Assembly: GCA_003696445.1 (NCBI GenBank)
Contig: RFHE01000010.1
Coordinates: 1 to 48,549, forward strand
Direction of reading: 5' to 3'
Length of the DNA stretch: 48,549 bases
Origin: Calditrichota bacterium
Lineage (GTDB): Bacteria > Calditrichota > Calditrichia > RBG-13-44-9 > J042
The notes beneath the pieces were generated by a model. The model saw nothing but the letters and a program-made list of their open reading frames with translations. It ran no database searches and had not been told where the DNA came from. The first letter of the stretch is position 1, and each line of letters opens with the position of its first letter. The position numbers were made by a program, and so were the translations under genes. This document shows, one piece after another, positions 7,694 to 15,785 of this stretch.

Positions 7694-9223
7694 TCAGGAC
7701 TCCAGCGCAGCCAGTTCCCGTTCAAAGCGCTTGAGCACTTCGGCTTTTTTGAGCATGCGCACAAAGGTGGTACGATTGGGTGCCTGGATCAGTCCCCGGC
7801 GAATCCTAGGATCCCTGAGTAGCCGGGCAAGGTTGGCCAGCAATTCCAGATAGGTGTTGTTTTCCTCTGGGGGAGCCAGGACGACAAAAATGAGCTTCAC
7901 CGGAGCGCCATCCACTGCCTGGAAGGCCACCCCAGAACGGGAACGGTACACGGCCAACACCATTTGCCTGAGCCCGGGAATGCGGGCGTGGGGAATGGCA
8001 ATGCCTTCCCCAATGCCGGTGGACAGGGATTCTTCCCGTTTCAGCAACTCACGGAACAGTTTAGCCCTGGGGACGCCGATTTCCATTTCGGCCAGACGAG
8101 TACTAATGTCCCGGAGCGCTTCGTCGCGGCTGCGGGCCGTCCCGTTTAGCCAGATCAATTCCGGCTGGAGATAGTTCTGGATCGAGAGAGGTGGAATCGC
8201 CCGTGTTTTCTGGATCTCTTCCAGCAGAATCAGATCTTCCTCGCCAATGCCCCGCTTTTGCTGGTATGCGTCCACAAGAATCATCGGCGGGCGCTCCAGT
8301 TCTTGGACTTTTTGCAAGTTCACCCGATAGCGCTGGAATTCAGTCAGTTCAATATTGAGCAAGGTATGGGAAAGCGGTTCTAGCAGCAGGAGTTTACCTT
8401 TTTGCTCGGCCCGACTGAGCAGGACATGGAGAATGCCAAAGGCCATTTTTCGCAATGCGGCCAGCTCCTGGTTGCGGTGCACGCGTACTTCCAAATCCAC
8501 CTGGGCCATGGGCCGCAACCCGAAGCGGTCCGCCACATCGATCATTAATCCAGTCTCCACCCCGTAGCCGGTAAAAAAGGGCAGTCGCTCCAGCAGTTCG
8601 CGCCGGCCGGCATATTCCCCACTTAACGGCTGAAAAAAGCCGGCCAGTTCAGGGAAAAACAGGTTCAAAAATGGCTTTACCAAAATTTCGGTGACACGGC
8701 CTCCACCGGTGGGTTGCAGTTTGTTACCAATTTTGATGGGCCGGCGATAAAAGCCCTTCACAAAGCCAATGTCCGGGTGGGTGAGCAAGGGCCCGATTAA
8801 ACCGCTGACAAACCGGGGATGAAAATTGACGATGTCGGTGTCCACCCAGACCAAAATATCGCCCCGGGCCAGGTAGAGAGACTTCCACAAGTTTTCTCCT
8901 TTACCCCGGGCCGGTCCCAGTTCCGGCAAAACTTCGTGGGCGGTAAACACCGCCACCCCCATTTTACGAGCCACCTCCACTGTGCCGTCGGTGGAGCCGC
9001 TATCCACCACCAGAATCTCGTCCACCAGAGGATGCTTCTGCATGAATTCCCTCTGCAAAATGCGGATGATTTTCCCGATGGTGGCTGCTTCGTTAAGGGT
9101 GGGAAGGCAAATGCTGATGGTTGTTTTCCTGGCGTTTTTGTAGGCTACCAGGTTGTCCATAGGTTCAAATTGACCGTGATGAAAGGTCCGAAGATTAAGC
9201 CAGTCCTGTACGTGCATGCACAC
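7694..9223 (-). CDS. gpgS: Glucosyl-3-phosphoglycerate synthase (GT81) fused to a C-terminal PTS EIIA type-2 (Ntr/fructose-like) domain
   Basis: The N-terminal ~300 aa carry ISICLPTLNEAATIG, VVDSGSTDGT, GKGENLW, the VDTD DxD motif and GGGRVTEILVKP. The C-terminal ~150 aa carry GIGEGIAIPHARIPG (phosphorylatable His context) and KLIFVVLAP. Confidence 0.8.
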   Translation of the reverse strand: MCMHVQDWLNLRTFHHGQFEPMDNLVAYKNARKTTISICLPTLNEAATIGKIIRILQREFMQKHPLVDEILVVDSGSTDGTVEVARKMGVAVFTAHEVLPELGPARGKGENLWKSLYLARGDILVWVDTDIVNFHPRFVSGLIGPLLTHPDIGFVKGFYRRPIKIGNKLQPTGGGRVTEILVKPFLNLFFPELAGFFQPLSGEYAGRRELLERLPFFTGYGVETGLMIDVADRFGLRPMAQVDLEVRVHRNQELAALRKMAFGILHVLLSRAEQKGKLLLLEPLSHTLLNIELTEFQRYRVNLQKVQELERPPMILVDAYQQKRGIGEEDLILLEEIQKTRAIPPLSIQNYLQPELIWLNGTARSRDEALRDISTRLAEMEIGVPRAKLFRELLKREESLSTGIGEGIAIPHARIPGLRQMVLAVYRSRSGVAFQAVDGAPVKLIFVVLAPPEENNTYLELLANLARLLRDPRIRRGLIQAPNRTTFVRMLKKAEVLKRFERELAALES

Positions 9224-9526
9224 CTCGCAATGGGCATGGTTTAAGGGCTTTTCATCCCTGAATCAATTAACTTTCCCTGATAAGAACCGGGGCAGGGCAA
9301 GAGACACAATTCGAAGGGTAAAACGGCGGAGCGAGTGCAAATCAACTGCCCCATTCTTTTAAAGCACGAGACTGGAAAAGCGGTTCCAGGATAGCAAAAC
9401 TATTTTCGACAGCAGGGAGAGAAAAATTAAGCCACAATTAAAAATGGGGGTAATTGGGGGCCATTGAGGTCAGCCTGTTTTTCTAGATTGCCTGCGCACG
9501 GCTTTAAAAAGAGCGGCCTGCACCAC

Positions 9527-10651
9527 TTAAAGCGAGGCCTGAAAGATGCGATACACCTTGTGCACGCGGGCGTTAATTAAGCGCAGCGGGCGGGTCATGA
9601 GCTCGTTGTCCTCCAGGATCCAGGACATTTCGGCTTCCTGATAACCGCGTTTCAGCCCGCGGCGGATGGTTTCCAGGTAAAACACACTACCCAATCCCAG
9701 CGGTTGAAAGCGCTGTTTCACGCCCAGGGTAATGACCCGCATGGAGCGAATTTTGTTTTTATTGAGCAAAAACGTGAGCCAACCGAAGGGAAATAGGCGC
9801 CCGTTGCGGATTTTGCGAAACACCTCGTTGTAATTGGGCAAGGCCAGGGAAAAGCCAGCCGGCTGGCCCTCCACCTCGGCAATCAGAACCAGTTCGGGGT
9901 CGATGATCTGTTTGAAATCGTTGGCCACATAGTCGAACTCTTCCCGGGTCATGGGCACGAAACCCCAGTTTCGGCTCCAGGCATCGTTGTAAATGTCCCG
10001 TACGATTTCCAGCTCCCGGGCAAAATGCTTCAGATCGACGGTGCGCAGGCGAATGTTGTATTTTTTCACGATGGCGTTGGCTACCCGTTCCAGTTTGGGC
10101 GAAATCACCAGGTGCTCGCGATCCAGCAGGAACGCCAGAAGATCCTTGGCCTTCTCAAAACCAAGGCGGTTCATCATGTCCACGTAGTAGGGCGGATTGT
10201 GGGTCATCATGAAATAGGGCGGCGAATCGAACCCCTCGACGAGGAATCCCACCTCATCGTTGGTGCTGGGATTGGTGGGCCCCAGAATGCAGTCCCGGTC
10301 ACGCCGCCGCAACCATTCCTTCGCCGTCTCCATCAACGCTTGCCAAACGGAAAAATCGTCGATGGCCTCCAGGTACCCGAAAAAGCCGGCACGGTCCCTG
10401 TGAAATTCGTTGTGATGGCGATTGAGAATGGCGCCAATGCGGCCTACCACTTCGCCATTGCGGTAAGCGAGGAAAAACTCGGCCTCGTTGTGCTGGAAAA
10501 ACGGATTTTTCGACCGGTTAAAATGCTTCATCCGATCTATCAACAGGGGAGGCACCCAGTTGGGGTCGTTACGGTAAATCTTCCAGGGCAATTTAATGAA
10601 TTGCTTCAGCTGTCTTCTGGATTGAACCGGCCGAACCTCAAGATTACCCAT
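9527..10651 (-). CDS. GNAT-fold acyltransferase-like protein of unknown substrate
   Basis: 374 aa. The N-terminal LKQFIKLPWKIYRNDPNWVPPL and RIGAILN blocks resemble a widespread uncharacterised N-acyltransferase-like family. It starts 26 nt downstream of the alpha-oxoamine synthase gene. Confidence 0.6.
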   Translation of the reverse strand: MGNLEVRPVQSRRQLKQFIKLPWKIYRNDPNWVPPLLIDRMKHFNRSKNPFFQHNEAEFFLAYRNGEVVGRIGAILNRHHNEFHRDRAGFFGYLEAIDDFSVWQALMETAKEWLRRRDRDCILGPTNPSTNDEVGFLVEGFDSPPYFMMTHNPPYYVDMMNRLGFEKAKDLLAFLLDREHLVISPKLERVANAIVKKYNIRLRTVDLKHFARELEIVRDIYNDAWSRNWGFVPMTREEFDYVANDFKQIIDPELVLIAEVEGQPAGFSLALPNYNEVFRKIRNGRLFPFGWLTFLLNKNKIRSMRVITLGVKQRFQPLGLGSVFYLETIRRGLKRGYQEAEMSWILEDNELMTRPLRLINARVHKVYRIFQASL

Positions 10652-10677
10652 TCAGCTCTCCACCCGCATCCACGCTA

Positions 10678-11874
10678 TCAGATCACACCCATTTTTTTGC
10701 CGATCTTGGCGAAGGCTTCCAGCACCTGCTCTAGGTCCTCGTTGGTGTGGGAGGCCATGTAGCTGGTGCGCAACAAAGCCCGGTCCGGCGGCACCGCCGG
10801 AGAGATGACGGCGTTGGTGTACACCCCTTCCTCGAACAGGGCCTTCCAGAACTGGAAGGTTTTGATGTCGTCTCCGATGATGATGGGAATGATGGGGGTT
10901 TCCGATTCGCCGGTGTTGAAGCCCAGGTTCTGGAACTCACGGCGCATGAAATCGCCGATCTCGTGCAGGCGATTGACGATCTGGGGTTCGTTTTCGATAA
11001 TTTCCAGGCTTTTCAGGACGGCCGCAATGTTAGCCGGGGGAATGGCGGCGCTGAAGATGAGCGGACGGGAATGATGCTTGATGTAATGAATTACCTCCTC
11101 ATCCCCAGCAATAAATCCGCCCAGGGAAGCAAACGACTTGCTGAAGGTACACATGACCAGATCCACCTGGTCGAACATGTTGTAGTGTTCCAGCGTACCC
11201 CGTCCGGTTTTCCCCAGCACGCCAATGCCATGAGCATCGTCCACATACACGCGGGCATTGTACCGCCTGCCCAGATTAACCAACTCAGGGAGGCGGACAA
11301 TGCTGCCTTCCATGCTGAATACCCCGTCGGTGATGATCATTTTAGGGGCATCCACATCCAGTTGCTTTAGCACCCGCTCCAGATCGGCCATGTCGTTGTG
11401 GCGATAGCGTTTGACCTTGATGTCCATATTCAGGCCGGCGGCCAGGAAGATACCATCGAAGATACTGGCGTGGTTGGTCTTATCGGTCACCACCACATCG
11501 CGTCGGCCGATGAGGGTGGAGATGGCCCCCAGGTTGGTCTGATAGCCGGTACTGAACACCAAGGCCGATTGCTTTTTGACAAATCGGGCTAGGCGATGCT
11601 CCAGTTCTTCGTGTAGATGCAGGGTACCGTTCAAAAAGCGCGAACCGGAACAGCTGGTGCCGTATTTCTTCAGGGCCTGAATCGCTGCTTCCTGCACACG
11701 CGGGTCTTTGGTGAGGCCGAGGTAATTGTTGGAACCGATCATGATCACTTCCCGGCCGTTCATCACCACCCGGTTACCGCAATTTTCCTGAATGGGAATA
11801 AAATAAGGGTAAATCCCCTGCTCAATGGTTTCTTTGGCCCGGGTAAAGTTCCAGCACTTTTCGAAAATGTCCAA
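10678..11874 (-). CDS. PLP-dependent alpha-oxoamine synthase, serine palmitoyltransferase-like (not canonical Kbl or BioF)
   Basis: Carries GSNNYLGLT, GSRFLNGT (SPT-type, versus VRFICGT in Kbl and GSGHVSGY in BioF), FSTGYQTNLG, NHASI, DDAHG and the PLP lysine in TFSKSFAS. Length is 398 aa. Confidence 0.85.
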   Translation of the reverse strand: MDIFEKCWNFTRAKETIEQGIYPYFIPIQENCGNRVVMNGREVIMIGSNNYLGLTKDPRVQEAAIQALKKYGTSCSGSRFLNGTLHLHEELEHRLARFVKKQSALVFSTGYQTNLGAISTLIGRRDVVVTDKTNHASIFDGIFLAAGLNMDIKVKRYRHNDMADLERVLKQLDVDAPKMIITDGVFSMEGSIVRLPELVNLGRRYNARVYVDDAHGIGVLGKTGRGTLEHYNMFDQVDLVMCTFSKSFASLGGFIAGDEEVIHYIKHHSRPLIFSAAIPPANIAAVLKSLEIIENEPQIVNRLHEIGDFMRREFQNLGFNTGESETPIIPIIIGDDIKTFQFWKALFEEGVYTNAVISPAVPPDRALLRTSYMASHTNEDLEQVLEAFAKIGKKMGVI

Positions 11875-11967
11875 TGCTTACTCCTCCAATGCTATCTCTG
11901 AAATAGAACCTGCAAAGATAATAATGAACAGCGAAAAAAAGAAGGACGACCTGAAAACCGACCCGGT

Positions 11968-12918
11968 TTACCCGAGGAGGGCATGGAGGACCTGAGCGGT
12001 AGCATTGCCCCGACCCATAGTGTAGATGTGCAATCCGGGGACGCCGAAATCCAGTAACTGTTCGCACAACTCTACGGTTTTAGCAATGCCCACCTTTCGT
12101 GCTGCATCGGGGGTTTTGGCCGCTTCCATGGCTTCCACAATGTGATGGGGAATGGAAACGTAAAAGTTGCGCGGAATGCTGACCAGCTGATTGACACGGG
12201 TCAGGGGCTTGACGCCGGGAATAATGGGAACGGTAATCCCCATATCCCTGGCCTGTTCCACAAAGCGTTTAAATACTTGAAAGTCGAAAAACATTTGCGT
12301 AATTACGTAATGGGCTCCCTGTTCAACCTTATGTTTCAGGTTCTGCAGATCTTTCTCGAAACTGGGGGCTTCGTAATGCTTTTCCGGGTAGCCGGCCACG
12401 CCGATGCAAAAATTGGTCGGCTCTGCGTCCTCTAATTCTTCCAGATAAATGCCCCGATTCATGTTGGCAATTTGGTGAACCAGCTCGCTGGCGTAGCGAT
12501 GGCCTTCTTTTTCGGGGATGAAGGTGCGATGACCGGGAGGCGGGTCGCCCCGAATGGCCAAAATGTTGGTAATGCCCAGGTAATGCAAGTCGATGAGCGC
12601 ATCTTCGGTCTCGAATTTGGTAAATCCACCGCAAATGAAGTGAGGAACCGGCTCTACCCCGTACCGGTTCTTGATGGCTGCACAAATACCCACCGTTCCC
12701 GGTTTTTTACGCTTGGGAACCCGGTAAATGACCCCATCCCGCTCCTCGTAAACCACGTGGGGCTGGTGGTAGGTCACATCGATAAAAGCCGGTTCGTACT
12801 TCATGAGATGGTCCAGGGTGACGAACAGCTCATCGATGCTGCGTCCCTTGTCCGGAGGCGTTATTTCCAGGGAAACAATCGGCTTTGTGGCCGCATTAAG
12901 GGCATCCAGTACTTTCAT
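11968..12918 (-). CDS. metF: 5,10-methylenetetrahydrofolate reductase
   Basis: Carries VSLEITPP, AIRGDPP and ITQMFFD. The start is trimmed to the ATG at 12918 (MKVLDAL), because the longer ORF would run into the upstream pfp gene. Confidence 0.8.
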   Translation of the reverse strand: MKVLDALNAATKPIVSLEITPPDKGRSIDELFVTLDHLMKYEPAFIDVTYHQPHVVYEERDGVIYRVPKRKKPGTVGICAAIKNRYGVEPVPHFICGGFTKFETEDALIDLHYLGITNILAIRGDPPPGHRTFIPEKEGHRYASELVHQIANMNRGIYLEELEDAEPTNFCIGVAGYPEKHYEAPSFEKDLQNLKHKVEQGAHYVITQMFFDFQVFKRFVEQARDMGITVPIIPGVKPLTRVNQLVSIPRNFYVSIPHHIVEAMEAAKTPDAARKVGIAKTVELCEQLLDFGVPGLHIYTMGRGNATAQVLHALLG

Positions 12919-12973
12919 CGTTTCTGCTGATTGAATACACTGTGTTCCCGGTAACCCAAAAGTCGCCCCCTGG

Positions 12974-14350
12974 TCAGGAGGTTGTTTGCGTTTTACGGGA
13001 CTTACTGTCGGTACCCTTCTTGCCTGGCACCTGGACAGCAAATTTTTCGATGTTGCGAGCAGTTGCACCGATTTTGGGCACAAAATCGTAGAGCCTATCC
13101 TTCTCAATCAGGTAATCAAACTGCTGCTTGAACTCATCCAGGGATACCCCACAGGTAGCGGCGAACTTAGCCAGCTCGTGGGGATCCTCAAAATCGGTTT
13201 TGTTCAGCCGCAGCATGTAGCGGCGGGCAATCTGATAGTATTCGGAGGACACATCCACCATCCGCACGCGGGTACGTTTGGTTTTGGGGTCCAGAATATT
13301 CTTAAAATAAAGTGGCACAAAATGGCCGTTTTGAATGGAAACCATGGCCGCATTGCCGCCATCCAGCAAAAATTGGGTGGCACAAAAGCCCAGGTCGCGA
13401 GTGTATTCCATGTCGAAGGGGATGGGATCTGCACACCGAAGCTCGTAACCGATGTTTTTGGACACGATGGTGACCTTGAGGCCAAACTCGGCCAGGCGCT
13501 TTTGCACTCGCCGTTTCAGAATTTCACCGAAATTGATTTCGGCCAACCGGATGTTATCGTGGGCATCCCGCTCCACCTTGAGCAACACTTCCAGTTCGTC
13601 CGGGGCCATCCGTTCCACCAGCCCTTCGGCCAGAATGGCGACCCCATCCGGCCGTCCGTAGCTGAGCCGCTTGATGATTGCCCCGACCAGAATATCCACA
13701 ACATGGCTCATTTTAATGGTTTCGTCGCGGAATTCCTCGGGGATAACAGTCAGGGTCGCACCGGCTGCTTTGCCAATCCCCAGGGCCAGATGACCGGCCT
13801 TGCGCCCCATACTGACCACAAAATACCAGCGGGAAGTGGTCTGGGCATCCACCATCAAATTCTTCACGATTTCCACACCAAGGTGACGAGCCGTTTGATA
13901 TCCAAAGGTAGGTATCCCGTGGGGCAGGTCCAGATCGTTATCGATAGTTTTAGGGACGTGTACCACACGAATGCGACCAGCGGCCATCTCTTCCACCCGC
14001 ATGGCACTATAGGCCGTGTCGTCACCGCCGATGGTGATCAACTTATCCACGTTTAAGCGCAGTAACGAGGTAACTGTGTTTTCCAGATGTCGGGGATCTT
14101 TGGTCGGATTGTCTCGGGCAATCCCCACAAAGGAGCCACCCCGGAAGTGAATCCGGCTCACACTTTCAATGCTCAACTCCACGACGTGATCGATGTCGCC
14201 CTGCATAATCCATTTGAAACCGTCGCGGATACCGACCACTTCAATGCCTTCCAATGCAGCGCGAATGGTGGCCGCACCAATCACGCTGTTAATGCCCGGC
14301 GCAGGTCCCCCACCCACCAGAATCGCCAAACGCTTTGGTGCAATTGTCAT
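12974..14350 (-). CDS. pfp: Pyrophosphate-dependent 6-phosphofructokinase
   Basis: Carries GGGPAPGIN, TIGGDDT (Asp where ATP-PFKs have Gly) and PKTIDND (Lys where ATP-PFKs have Gly). These are the classical PPi-specificity residues. Confidence 0.85.
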   Translation of the reverse strand: MTIAPKRLAILVGGGPAPGINSVIGAATIRAALEGIEVVGIRDGFKWIMQGDIDHVVELSIESVSRIHFRGGSFVGIARDNPTKDPRHLENTVTSLLRLNVDKLITIGGDDTAYSAMRVEEMAAGRIRVVHVPKTIDNDLDLPHGIPTFGYQTARHLGVEIVKNLMVDAQTTSRWYFVVSMGRKAGHLALGIGKAAGATLTVIPEEFRDETIKMSHVVDILVGAIIKRLSYGRPDGVAILAEGLVERMAPDELEVLLKVERDAHDNIRLAEINFGEILKRRVQKRLAEFGLKVTIVSKNIGYELRCADPIPFDMEYTRDLGFCATQFLLDGGNAAMVSIQNGHFVPLYFKNILDPKTKRTRVRMVDVSSEYYQIARRYMLRLNKTDFEDPHELAKFAATCGVSLDEFKQQFDYLIEKDRLYDFVPKIGATARNIEKFAVQVPGKKGTDSKSRKTQTTS

Positions 14351-14680
14351 GAGCGTACCCTTTCCTATTTATGCCAGGCCGAAACCGGGTCCAAATCCTT
14401 TTAAAGTTCGCTAAGTTAGCTGATGAGTTCTGCAATATCAACTGCTAAAATTGAACCCAATGCCACCGGCGCCACTCTGAACAGGCATGAGGGAAAGGGC
14501 ACTATAGGGTCTGTGAAAAAGGTATTTTTTGAGGAATTACAAGGGTAATCGGCTTTGGTCTGGCAAAACGTTTAGCGGGCATGGGACTCGCCCTTGCGCC
14601 AGGGACAAACGGAAAGTTTTACCGCACCAAGCTCCACTTTCAAAGAGGCCTAAAAAGACGGCGAAAAATCCACCCCCTAC

Positions 14681-14718
14681 AAACATAAAAGCGGCAGGGC
14701 CGGTGGCTGGACCCTGCC
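14681..14718 (-). terminator. Rho-independent terminator downstream of korB
   Basis: On the minus strand, a GGCAGGG / CCCTGCC stem (14712-14718 and 14693-14699) with a 12-nt loop is followed by GCTTTTATGTTTG. Confidence 0.55.
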
Positions 14719-14747
14719 TCAAGCCCATCGGAGGGTGGGAAGGGTTT

Positions 14748-15782
14748 TTATTCCACCTTCCACACATCTCCACTCATGTAAATCTGAGCCAGATCGCCCT
14801 TGCCTTTCTGGTCGGTTACCCTCTGAATCTGGTCGTGCACCAGATATTCATAGGTTGGTTCCTGGATCCGCCGGAAGACACCGACAGGAGTGGGATAATC
14901 TTCCCTATCGGTTAAATGGGCCAGCAGAAAAGCCGCTGCAGGATTGAAGTCGTTTTCGTTGTGCAAATACAACTGACCTACGTCCTCTTCCTCATGCAGC
15001 TCCACAATTTCGAAATTCATGCCTTTCAAACGAAGCCCACGCTTTTTCTCCTTCCCAAAAATCAACGGCTGGCCATGCTCCAGATAAAGCACATGGTCAA
15101 GTTTCGTCTCCGGTGACGTCAATTCGGCGAAGGCACCATCGTTGAAGATGTTGCAATTCTGGTACACTTCGATGAATGAGCAACCTTTGTGTTCAGCGGC
15201 TCGCTTTAATATGTGAGCCAAGTGCCGGGTATCTCGATCGATGCTTCTGGCAACAAAGGTAGCCCCTGCACCCAGGGCGAATGAGATGGGATTGAGTGGG
15301 GCATCCACGCTGCCGTAAGGGGAAGACTTGGTTACCTTTCCCAGCGGCGAAGTGGGTGAAAATTGTCCTTTGGTAAGGCCATAAATTTCGTTGTTAAACA
15401 AAATCACGTTGACATCGAGATTTCGCCGGAAGAGGTGTAGCAAATGGTTTCCGCCGATGCTCAGCCCGTCCCCATCCCCGGTGACTATCCACACGCTAAG
15501 ATCGGGATTGGCCAGCTTGATTCCCGTAGCTACGGTGGGCGCACGGCCATGCACCGTATGTAATCCATAGGTATTGAGGTAATAGGGGAACCGACTGGAA
15601 CACCCGATTCCGGAAACAAAGACGATCTTCTCCCTTGGGATGCCCAGCTCTGGCAATACCCGTTTTACCTGGGCTAGAATGGCATAATCCCCACACCCCA
15701 CACACCAGCGTGGTTCCTGATCGGAAGCGAAGTCCTGCTTGGTTAACTTTTTTGCGTTCAGGGTTTGGGCTTTCTTTTCCAT
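14748..15782 (-). CDS. korB: 2-oxoglutarate:ferredoxin oxidoreductase, beta (TPP-binding) subunit
   Basis: Carries WCVGCGDY, GIGCSSRFPYY and the TPP motif VTGDGDGLSIGGNH. Length is 344 aa. Confidence 0.9.
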   Translation of the reverse strand: MEKKAQTLNAKKLTKQDFASDQEPRWCVGCGDYAILAQVKRVLPELGIPREKIVFVSGIGCSSRFPYYLNTYGLHTVHGRAPTVATGIKLANPDLSVWIVTGDGDGLSIGGNHLLHLFRRNLDVNVILFNNEIYGLTKGQFSPTSPLGKVTKSSPYGSVDAPLNPISFALGAGATFVARSIDRDTRHLAHILKRAAEHKGCSFIEVYQNCNIFNDGAFAELTSPETKLDHVLYLEHGQPLIFGKEKKRGLRLKGMNFEIVELHEEEDVGQLYLHNENDFNPAAAFLLAHLTDREDYPTPVGVFRRIQEPTYEYLVHDQIQRVTDQKGKGDLAQIYMSGDVWKVE

Positions 15783-15785
15783 GGC

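Noticed and set aside
10678-11874. Annotation as 2-amino-3-ketobutyrate CoA ligase (Kbl) or BioF
   Set aside because: The diagnostic loop is GSRFLNGT (SPT-like). It is neither VRFICGT (Kbl) nor the BioF pattern, and no tdh or bio genes are adjacent. I kept it as a generic SPT-like alpha-oxoamine synthase.
12986-14056. 356-aa plus-strand ORF opposite pfp
   Set aside because: This is a shadow ORF. pfp on the minus strand has all the PFK active-site motifs.
14529-14915. 128-aa plus-strand ORF spanning the korB/pfp intergenic region and the korB 3' end
   Set aside because: It overlaps the korB coding sequence and its terminator, has a non-ATG start and shows no motif.
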